This document shows, piece by piece, positions 50,757 through 64,000 of a stretch of DNA of 64,000 nt (position 1 is the first letter of the stretch; each line of letters opens with the position of its first letter). The position numbers and the translations under genes were made by a program. The notes below the pieces were generated by a model that ran no database searches, was not told the origin of the DNA, and saw only the letters and a program-made list of their open reading frames with translations. The DNA is from the human T2T-CHM13v2.0 reference genome, Homo sapiens, in the NCBI RefSeq assembly GCF_009914755.1, contig NC_060925.1; one strand, 5' to 3'.

Positions 50757-52241
50757 GACGCGGATTCTGATAGCGGGGACGATTCTGACAAGAGGTCGTG
50801 TGAAGAGAGCTGGAAACTGATTACTTCTCTGAGAGAAAAGCTACCTCCCAGCAAGTTGCAAACCATTGTTAAAAAATGTGGCCTCCCAAGCAGTGGGAAG
50901 AAACGTGAACCAATTAAAATGTATCAGATACCCCAAAGAAGGCGCTTGAGTAAAGATTCCAAGTGGGTCACAATCTCAGATCTTAAAATTCAGGCTGTCA
51001 AAGAGATTTGCTATGAGGTTGCTCTCAATGACTTCAGGCACAGTCGGCAGGAGATTGAAGCCCTGGCCATTGTCAAGATGAAGGAGCTTTGTGCCATGTA
51101 TGGCAAGAAAGACCCCAATGAGCGGGACTCCTGGAGGGCAGTGGCCAGGGACGTCTGGGATACCGTCGGTGTTGGGGATGAGAAGATCGAAGACGTCATG
51201 GCCACTGGGAAAGGCAGCACTGATGTAGATGACCTCAAGGTTCATATAGACAAGCTGGAAGATATTTTGCAAGAAGTCAAAAAGCAAAATAACATGAAAG
51301 ACGAGGAGATAAAAGTCTTAAGAAATAAAATGCTCAAAATGGAAAAAGTCTTGCCACTGATCGGATCTCAGGAACAGAAAAGCCCAGGAAGCCACAAAGC
51401 AAAGGAGCCTGTTGGTGCTGGTGTTAGTAGCACCTCTGAGAATAATGTAAGTAAAGGAGACAATGGAGAACTTGCAAAAGAAGAACGTGTTTCCCAGCTG
51501 ATGAATGGGGATCCAGCTTTTAGACGTGGACGTCTGCGCTGGATGAGGCAAGAGCAAATTCGGTTTAAGAACTTGCAACAGCAGGAGATAACAAAGCAGC
51601 TTCGTCGGCAGAATGTACCTCATAGGTTCATCCCTCCTGAGAACCGGAAGCCCCGCTTCCCCTTTAAGAGCAACCCTAAACACAGAAACTCTTGGAGTCC
51701 TGGGACACATATCATCATAACAGAAGATGAGGTTATAGAGCTTAGGATTCCAAAAGACGATGAAGCAAGGAAAGGGAATAAAGAAGAGAGCCAAGAAAAA
51801 GGGGGTAAAGGAGCTTTTAAGGATCCCCAGTTTCCATGGGGCTCTCAAGGAATGAGAAGTCAAGATCACATCCAAGTTAGCAAGCAGCACATTAATAATC
51901 AGCAACAGCCACCTCAACTACGTTGGAGAAGCAATTCTCTCAATAATGGCCAGCCGAAAAGTACGCGCTGCCAGGCATCTGCCTCCGCGGAGTCATTAAA
52001 CTCCCACAGTGGTCACCCCACTGCTGATGTACAGACTTTCCAGGCAAAGCGCCATATTCATCAACACCGTCAGTCTTACTGTAATTATAACACTGGAGGT
52101 CAGTTAGAGGGCAATGCAGCCACTTCCTATCAGAAGCAGACTGACAAACCCAGCCACTGTAGCCAGTTTGTGACACCTCCGCGGATGAGGAGACAGTTCT
52201 CAGCACCCAATCTCAAAGCTGGTCGAGAAACCACAGTATAA
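50757..52241 (+). CDS. KIF1B: KIF1B-alpha-specific terminal exon, coding part (494 aa; [19 protein letters not shown]...[17 protein letters not shown])
   Basis: Part of the 508-aa ORF 50715..52241; ccaaag| acceptor in phase 0; KIF1C-like tail; 659+494 = 1153 aa, the known alpha length. Confidence 0.97.
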   Translation, partial: DADSDSGDDSDKRSCEESWKLITSLREKLPPSKLQTIVKKCGLPSSGKKREPIKMYQIPQRRRLSKDSKWVTISDLKIQAVKEICYEVALNDFRHSRQEIEALAIVKMKELCAMYGKKDPNERDSWRAVARDVWDTVGVGDEKIEDVMATGKGSTDVDDLKVHIDKLEDILQEVKKQNNMKDEEIKVLRNKMLKMEKVLPLIGSQEQKSPGSHKAKEPVGAGVSSTSENNVSKGDNGELAKEERVSQLMNGDPAFRRGRLRWMRQEQIRFKNLQQQEITKQLRRQNVPHRFIPPENRKPRFPFKSNPKHRNSWSPGTHIIITEDEVIELRIPKDDEARKGNKEESQEKGGKGAFKDPQFPWGSQGMRSQDHIQVSKQHINNQQQPPQLRWRSNSLNNGQPKSTRCQASASAESLNSHSGHPTADVQTFQAKRHIHQHRQSYCNYNTGGQLEGNAATSYQKQTDKPSHCSQFVTPPRMRRQFSAPNLKAGRETTV

Positions 52242-54058
52242 ATCAGTTACTGGACAAACTTGAAATCATGGTGGAAGAAACAGACAGTGTTAGCTCATGA
52301 TTTGATTTGGTTCTACCTTTGGCCTTGAGTTCTTATTATTTACATTATAAATATTAACTGGTTTTATATTGTTAAGACAAAACACTGGTAAAAGTTTCAA
52401 CACCTCCCTTTTGCTTGTATACCATAAATGGGCAGTTTCTGAAATTTTGGATAAAGCATCAAGAACTCCTTTTTCTGAAACGTTCCTCCTTTTTTAGTGC
52501 CTAATTAATATACTTACTTACACAGACTTGTCCCATCTTGATGTAAGTTTGTTATGTTTTTATAATGCCTATAAATTAATCTGACATCCAGAAAGACCTG
52601 CCTCTTAGTTTATGCAGACATTCAAAAGGAGAATTTGATAAGCAGAATTAAATGTCTGTTATTCATAAATGTTAGAAATTGGTTTAAAAATAATAACATG
52701 CAACTGGGTGGGCACAGCTTTGGATTTCTCATCCACGTCTGTTCCCTTCTTTAAATATGATTAGAATTTTCGTAAGCCAAAACTAAAGGTCTTCAAACAT
52801 ATCTTGCAATACATAGCTTTGCATCTTCCACACAACTTCCACGTCTTCTTTTATTCTGTATTTTACAAAAAACTCATATAATGGTTTTTTCTTTTGAATG
52901 TATCAGAATATGTATGAAATTTGTCATATCAGAATCTATAAATTGGCACTGTGTCTGGGATTCTGTTTGTGGTTTGCATTTTGAAGTTCAATGTATCATT
53001 TGACACACATGCACACAAAGTGAACTATTCACCAAAATCATGCCAACAGAAATACCAACAAAAAACTTGTGTAGCTTGTAAGGAGGTTATTTGGCTTGAG
53101 AGGGAAGAGGTGGGACAGACATGGGGGACAAAGCTACAGCATATGGCTCTGTGGTGCTGCTTTTTTCCAATAGTTGATGAAATAGTGAAATAAAAGTTAA
53201 CTTTGGTTGGGCTTGGAATAAAGGAGATGATACATAATAAACTATTCTTTGGTTAGCATTAGTAATGCTTGTAGACACTCAAACAAGGAAGGCGAAGTCC
53301 TGATGATGATTTATTGTATCAATACCTCATTTTATTTGGTTGTGGTCTCAGTTTGCCTCACTGGAGAATCCACTAAGAAAGATGGATTTTAATGGGAAGA
53401 AAAGAATTATTTTCTACATCGTTCCTCATCTCTTGAGTTTGTCAAAAAGTTTTCTAAGAGGCAGTGTGAAGAGCCAGAGATGTCCGAAATTGCCTGACTT
53501 CATGTTTTGGAAGATTCCTAAGTCACATGAAATCATCTATCAAACACTTGTCTTCCAAACGGTGTGAAAAACTACAGCCAAGATAGCAGTTAGCATTCAA
53601 GGAAGCCTTAAAGATTGTGATTATGTTTTTTTTTCCTTTGCGTGTGGGCACTATGCTTTATTAGAACACATTATTTTTAATCATAGTATTTTTTCTTTGC
53701 CTCTAAGAAAATACTTTCTTAATGCTCAGAAAGTTGCTTCCAATTAATGTTTTTTTCCCCTTAAAAAGAGAAGCTTTGAGAGATATTTTTGCTTTCATAG
53801 CTAGAACAGTTGAAGTCTTCAACTGAGGTTTTATAGCAGATTAGACATGGGTAAATGATGTCTGTAATGGGTTGAGTTACTGAGATGACAATCTCCTGTG
53901 CCATTTGGTTTGAATGTACTTGATAGGCTGCTTCAAATCAGTCACTTCAATGCATTTTGTGTAAACCCAGTTGTCCTTTTTTATTCCTCTTTAGACATAA
54001 ATGTGCTAACTATTCCTTTCTATACACAATTTATTTTCTAAGATTAAAAATAATAATT

Positions 54059-54346
54059 GCTAGGTTTGGTGGCACATGCGTACAGCCCCAGCTACTTAGG
54101 AGGCTGAAGCAGGAGGATCCCTAGAGCCCAGGAGTTCTGGGCTGTGGTACACTATGCCAGTTGGGTGTAAGTTTGGCATCAATATGGTGATGTCCCTGAA
54201 GCAGGAAACCACAAACTTGCATCAGGACGGGTGAACCCAGCCCAGGTTGGAAATGGAGCAGGCCAAAACTCCCAGGCTGATCAGTAATGGGATCTTGCCT
54301 ATGAATAGCCAGTGCACTGCAGCCAGGACAACAGAGTGAGAACCTG

Positions 54347-54378
<32 letters not shown>
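54059..54378 (+). pseudogene. RN7SL731P: 7SL (SRP RNA) retrocopy with A27 tail, inside the alpha 3'UTR
   Basis: Contains S-domain sequence absent from Alus (ggcatcaatatggtga; ggtgaacc..cccaggttggaaatggagcagg; ctgatcagta); diverged. The pseudogene number is from memory. Confidence 0.92.
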
Positions 54379-54380
<2 letters not shown>

Positions 54381-54850
54381 TAATATTTATTATATTATTC
54401 AGGTTTCAACTCTGTAGCAAAAATGGGCTCTCATTTCCCTAACTTGAGATAACATAGGGTAGGTCCATATATTTTCATTCTTACAGTGGTCTTTTCATGG
54501 GAGTGAATGAGTTACTCTCCACTGGTGATTAGGTAATACTGTAGAATGAAGAGTTGTATAATATATTCATTTACAGCTGTGGATTGTGGTAAGGACTATG
54601 TCCACAGTGATATTCCAAAGAATTGGGTTTATATTTGTGCTTCATCTGTTAATCCCAGGTGTCCTCATGTTGCTGAAATATTTAGATAGCTAAAATATCC
54701 CTTAATTTCACAGATGACCAGGAAGAAATTAACCAAGGTTTTATTGACTGCCATGTATGTCCCATGATGCATTTCTGAGCAAATGCTTATCCTAGAGAAT
54801 AACTCTGTATGAATAAAATTGCTTAATTGAGTCTCTTACTAAATAAGTAA

Positions 54851-55231
<381 letters not shown>

Positions 55232-56031
55232 TAAGCTTAAATACCACAAGGCCAAAGAGAAATGGTCATAATTTAAACCATTATTATATTGTTGAGGTAT
55301 CCCTAGCTATTATTATAGCAAAGTGGGAAAAAAGTGTTTATTCTATTGAAGTTATGTAATGATCCGACATTAATGGGAATATAGAGGAGTCCTAATTAAT
55401 TGGTATAATTTCACAAAGCGGAATGGTATTCCTTGGAGAGTTAAAGACATTCTCTTTAGTAAGTGTAAACCAAAGGGCATTTTCTTTATTCCTGCTTCTA
55501 ATTCCTTCTAGCCCAGTGAATTATTTCTCTTTTCACTGGTAATGTGATGAATGGGAATTGTTTATTACATTGAAGTGACTTGAAGTGACCTTTTGTGCTT
55601 TAGGTGCAGGTTGACACTGAAAAAAAAACAAAACGCTGAATTTTTCACACCTATGTCTGCATTAAAGGCTGTTTTACTACCGGAAGTTACATAGACTTCC
55701 TGCAGTCAGCTGCTGTGCCCCAGTGCCTTACTGGTCCTTTGTAGATTTGCCTTAATGATTTGTACAAATGACTGGGAGGCGGGGATGCTGCCTGTGTCCT
55801 GGTGAACCTTAATGAAGGGGCCGTCTTAGGCACAGTGCAAAACAAGCATTTGTCCTGTACTGTTAGAGCCAAAATTGTGATGAGCAATACTGATAATTGT
55901 CCAGTTTATGTCATCTTTCCCAGATTTTAAAATCTGTTCTAGATATTCTTAGCTTGAACCACTTTTGATTGTGAAATGTATTAGGTGTTGTCCCATTATT
56001 ACTGTAAAATGAAGTTTTGAATCTTCTTGTT

Positions 56032-56172
56032 AATAAACTGTGGATTTCCCCTCTCAATTTCTTAAACAACAACAAAAAAATGCTTGAAGATTGTCTTTGA
56101 GTGTAAGATCTGCCTTTTCAGAAAGGGAGTGTTAGTTTGTAATGTTAAAAAATAAAGACCTCATTCAATAAA
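56032..56172 (+). terminator. Polyadenylation signal cluster of KIF1B-alpha
   Basis: AATAAA at 56032-56037, 56151-56156 and 56167-56172, followed by U/GU-rich sequence (tctttttaagagtgtgatttctctct). Confidence 0.7.
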
Positions 56173-57776
56173 AGTTGAAGTCATCTTTTAAGAGTGTGAT
56201 TTCTCTCTATGTGGGAAGAGGGAAAAGGAAAGCAAGGTAATGCTAACTAAACCTGGTTTTGACTTTTATTTATTGCTTTTTCATCTGAAGATGGTTGTAA
56301 ACTAAATCTTCTTTTTGATATTTCTATGTGAACTTGATTAGTTTTAAAGCTTTTGCTTTAGCTACCCTTTTCTGTTTAACAAAATTCTATCTTAAGTGAG
56401 ATCTTTCAGCCCTATTTTATGCCACATTTCACTTACATAAAATCTTTTCTCACAAAAGATGAATAAGGATATTACTTTCTGATTTGAGTTTAGTTTAACC
56501 ATGTTTTCAGTTTTTTCTCTACATACTCTTGGTTTGAAGTTCTTTTAAATGAAATGATTTATTTTCCTTTATATGGGCAGAAACTAAATTTCTAAAAAGT
56601 TTTGAGTGACTCTGCAGGTTTTCTTTCTCCTTTAACCTCTGCTTTTCTTCACCCAGAGTATTGATGGTACACTAGAGAGGAAACAGGACAAAGCAGAATA
56701 TTTTTCTGGAATGGACCACTAGTCTCATTGAAAATTTGGACCTGACATTATTTTTTAATGTTTAAAAACAACATAATCACGCATCATGGGATAGAATACA
56801 AAATCCACATGAGTTTTTAATATGAAATCTGAAACTTTAGAGAAGTGTTATGCCTGAATCGGTCTGCTTCCAGCCTCATACCCTTTTCCTTCAGGTACTT
56901 TGTAATCCTTTGCTGTCGGAGAAACTGTTGGAAAAGTTGCAATGTCCCTACCGTTTATAGGGTGACACAGAAGATTACAGTGTGATATGTGTAGTGACAC
57001 TGTGCTGATGAGACTGTGGCCACACAGTGCTGCTGGTGGTGAGAAGCGAAGTTAAGTGTTGTCAACAACTGGGGTGTCATCTTGGGTGTGGATATTTTCC
57101 TTCCAGCTATTGCTTGCTAATTATAATCTGCCATTAGGAGCCAAGCCTTTAATGTCTAAAACAGCCTAACCGGAAAACTCAGAATGGTGATATTGATTTT
57201 ACTGTGAATATCACCTTCTCAGAGGTGCCTTAATTGTACCACCATCATCTCTCATCGAGAGTACCCTAGCTTGTCTCTTTGCTTCTATTCTTGACCCCTA
57301 TAATCCAATGTCCACATAGCAACCAAGATCATCTTTTAAAAACATAAATCATATCTTGTCAGTGTCCTCAGGGGCTTTCCATTGCATGAAAGAATCTTAG
57401 TCTTACTGTAGTCTCCAAGGCTTTACATGTTTTGGCTGCTTACCTACCACTCTTAACACTGTCACTCTCACACCACAGACACTCTGCCCTTTTTTTTGTT
57501 CCTTGTATATGCCAAGTTTCTTCCCACCTCTGGGCTCTTGCACTTCTCAAGCCTGGAGCCCATTTCCATCATGCTTACCTCCCCTTCCAGACTTGAGCTC
57601 CTCAGCTCTTTCTGCCCAGCCCACCACAAGTTGACTCACTGTTTTAATAATGATGGCCTGTAATTATCTTTTCTTTGTATTTGTTTGGTTCTTCCACGAG
57701 AATGTAAACTCACCTAGAATAAATGCCGTATCTGTCTTATTCACTTCGCCAGTCATATAAATCCATAACCTGGAAG

Positions 57777-57960
57777 AGTGGTTCTCAAACTTTAATGTCA
57801 GTTAGAATTTTGGGGTCTTATGAGAACACAGACTATTGGGCCCACCTTCAGAGTTTCTGATTCACTAGGTCTGGGGCGAGACCTGATAAATTTGCATACC
57901 TCATAAATTCCCAGGTGATTCTGATGCTGCTGGTCCAGTAAACACCTTTGATAACCAGTG
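57777..57960. mobile_element. MER5A-like hAT MITE
   Basis: agtggttctcaaact...cagagtttctgattca.taggtctgggg...ttcccaggtgattctgatgctgctggtcc. Confidence 0.8.
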
Positions 57961-57969
57961 ATCTGGAAT

Positions 57970-58194
57970 GGGGGCTTGGTAAGCATTTTCTGTAAAACAC
58001 TAGATAGTAAATATTTTAGACTTAGTGGACCATGTGGTCTTTTTTGTGAAACTGTTCAACTCTATTGTTGTAGTACGAAAGCAGCCATAGACAATATGGA
58101 AATGAACAAGGGTGGCCGTGTTCCAGTCAAACTGTGTTTACAGAAACAGGCAGTGGGCTGGATCTAGCCCGAAGGCCATAGTTTGCCGACCCCG
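57970..58194 (-). mobile_element. MER58A (hAT-Charlie MITE)
   Basis: gatagtaaatattttag...aaagcagccatagacaat...gccatagtttgccgacccc is the reverse complement of MER58A. Confidence 0.8.
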
Positions 58195-58449
58195 ATCTAG
58201 AAGATAGCTACTTCTGATAAATATTTATCTAAAAGATCAGTATGTGACTATGTAATCTAGAAGACAGATACATGCCAGTTGCTGGGATGAGTGGTAAGTG
58301 ACAAATGTGTGGTCCCTGGCCTCATAAAGTTCTCAGAGTTATGGAGGGAGACAGCTGTAATAACCACACCAGTAGTGAGTCAGTACATTTGTGACAAGTG
58401 CCATGATGGAAAAACACAAGGTGCTCTGAAAGGGTTTAACGGGTGCCTT

Positions 58450-60530
58450 TGGGAATGAAAAGTGGCCTCTCATTGCTCTTAGCTGACAATGTTTTTGTTT
58501 CACTGAGGAAAAAAAGCAATCAGAAGAAACTTTGTTTTCTTCCTTTGTCTAGTTTTGCCTGCATCATCCATCCATACCTGTACTGGGCTTTCCCTCCTGT
58601 TAGTGGATAAACTGTCCTTGATCCTCTCCTAGCCCAGCCCTTGCTCCCTGCATTCCATGCCCTCTCAAGAACTTGTTGAACATTTACCCCCTTCTCTTTT
58701 ACATCATCAGTTTCTCTCCTGGATTATTCCTGCCAGCATGCAAACATGTCACCAGTTGCAAAAGTTTTCTGTACTTATTACGTCCTACTTGCCTACCTCC
58801 CATTCTTTTTTTTTTTTTTTTTGAGATAGAGTCTCACTCTGTCACCCAGGCTGGAGTGCAGTGGCACGATCTGAGCTTACTGCAACCTCTACCTTCCGGG
58901 TTCAAGTAATTCTCCTGCCTCCTGAGTAGCTGGGACTACAGGTGAACGCCACCACACCGAGCTAATTTTTGTATTTTTAGTAGAGACGGACGGGGTCTCA
59001 CCATGTTGGCTAGGCTGGTCTTGAACTCCTGACCTCAGGTGATCCACCTGTCTCAGCCTCCCAAAGTGCTGGGATTACGGGTGTGAGCCACCGCTCCAGG
59101 CCCCATTTTTTCTTTTCATTATTTCCTATCCTCATTCTTGCTGGAACTCATCTAGTCAGACTCTTGTTCTCCCCTCACCACCAAAGCTGCTCTTATCAGA
59201 GTCACAAAAGCTCTTCTTGATGATAGATTCAGTGCATTTTCTCAGTCCTCATCTTACTGAATGTCTCTGGCATTTGACACAGTTGTCTGCTCTTCATGGG
59301 ACACTTTCTTCTCTTGGCTTCTTTTCCTTGAACCTTTCCAGCTGCTCCATCATGGTCTGTGGACACAGACCTTGGCTATTTCTATATGTTTCTCTGTTCC
59401 CCCTTCCATTTTTGTACTGATGATGAAGATAATGATAACTCATATATTGAGCATGTATTACATGTATTAATACACATAAACCTTTTACATGTTTTGACTC
59501 ATTGAGTCCTCACAACACCCCTCTTCTGTGAGGTAGGTATTGCTTATTCCCTTTTCACATACTTTCCCAGTGTAACACGGCTACTCAGCGGGAGAGCCAG
59601 AGCCAGTCCCAGGGAGTCATTCTGTCTGCAAACCTCTGCCCTGCCTCGCCTTCTGCTGACTCTCAGGTGTCCTCTCTCTCCAGCCTGGGCCCCTACCCTG
59701 AGCTCTAGATGCTGATGATACACAACTACTGCCTGACATCCAAATCACTGGCAGGCACCTTACATTTAAATCATTTGAACTGGAGCAGCTAGCTCAGGCC
59801 ACAAATCCAAGTCACCTTTAGTTTCTCTTTTTCTTCACATCCCATGATCAGATCATCAGTAGATCCTGTTTGCTCTCCCTGTAAAACATATCCTGACTCC
59901 ATCTCTTTTCACCACCTTTGCTGCTAATAACCTGGTCCAAGCCACCACAGTGCTGGACAGTGCTGTGACAGCCTCATGACCATTCTTCTTATTTCCATAG
60001 TTCCTCCTGAGTCCCACAGAGAATAATGTTTTTAAAACATATCCCAGCTCTAAACCATCCAGCAGTTTCCATTAGAATAATATCCCCAGACCTTACCATG
60101 GTCTATAAGGCCATCTGTACTCCATTTGCTACCTGATTACATCTGATGCATCTCCTACCCGTCTCCCTACTCTGCCATTCCATCCACACAAGTTTTCTTG
60201 CTTTTCCTGAAATATGTGGTGCCCCTTTCCATTTCAGGACCTTGGCACTTGCTGTTACTATGAATTTGAGTAGAATAACCCCTGCCAAAGACCTCTGCCT
60301 GCTTAACCTACTCAGTCTAGAAGTCTGTCTCCCATTCTTCTCCCTGGTAGTCTCTAACCCTATCTTTATCTTTCTTCATACTAGTACTCGCCACTAAAAT
60401 CCATCTATATTTTGTTTACTCTTTATCATCTCTGTCTCCTTTGTCAATGGAACCCTTGTCTTATTGACCACTAGCATTTGGCACATAGTAGGAGCACAAA
60501 AGGTATTTGCTGAGTGGATGGATGGATAAT
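58450..60530 (+). mobile_element. Degraded L2 fragments with an Alu (~58806-59102 -) and a MIR-like piece
   Basis: Pyrimidine-rich L2-like text ending ggcacatagtagg.gc.caa...tatttgctga. Confidence 0.55.
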
Positions 60531-60639
60531 GGTTTAAAAATCATGCTCTGGATTGCCTGGGCTCAAGTCTCATTTTTAGCATTTGCTTAACCTCTTTCTT
60601 TCTCTTTAACATGAGGCTAACTATATAGTACCATCTTTA

Positions 60640-63881
<3,242 letters not shown>

Positions 63882-64000
63882 TCAGTAGACATAAAATGTC
63901 AGTTTGTCCTATTATCAATAATGTTAAAGTTTGGTAAATTTGGTTAATGTGATGTTTCCCAGCTCTCTGCATTGTAAATATATCATTTCCCTTCTTAAAT

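Noticed and set aside
51318-51917. 199-aa antisense ORF, plus smaller ones at 50976-51287 and 51940-52206
   Set aside because: Shadow frames on the opposite strand of the alpha exon; non-ATG start, no recognisable domain and no independent gene signals
57181-57219. Hairpin ggtgatatt...aatatcacc as a possible miRNA or terminator
   Set aside because: The stem is only about 9-13 bp, too short for a pre-miRNA and plausible by chance

Overview
Human genomic DNA covering the interior of the kinesin-3 gene KIF1B (1p36) on the + strand. It runs from the third exon through the motor domain (P-loop, switch I/II, K-loop), neck coil, CC1 and FHA exons to the large KIF1B-alpha-specific terminal exon (ends RETTV-stop at 52241). 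That exon has a ~3.9 kb 3'UTR with a poly(A) signal cluster near 56030-56170. The first coding exon lies upstream of the window and the beta-specific exons lie downstream. All 21 coding exons were located by GT-AG boundaries and phase. The shortest exon chain plus the alpha exon gives 1153 codons, assuming the 106 coding nt upstream of the window. Three alternative segments are visible: an 18-nt microexon, a 42-nt cassette and a 78-nt alternative acceptor extension. Introns hold roughly 55-60 Alu pieces plus Tigger3, MER58A, MER5A, MIR, L1 and L2 relics, a U6 retrocopy that matches U6 perfectly, and a 7SL retrocopy. I cannot demonstrate a new biological system. The best leads are post-transcriptional: a candidate poison exon at 28658-28739, a 7SL/antisense-Alu inverted pair in the alpha 3'UTR separated by a poly(A) signal, and RBFOX/QKI motifs plus an unusual acceptor around the alpha/beta choice. 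Several small rearrangement scars are also present. Repeat subfamily calls and repeat coordinates are by eye and approximate.
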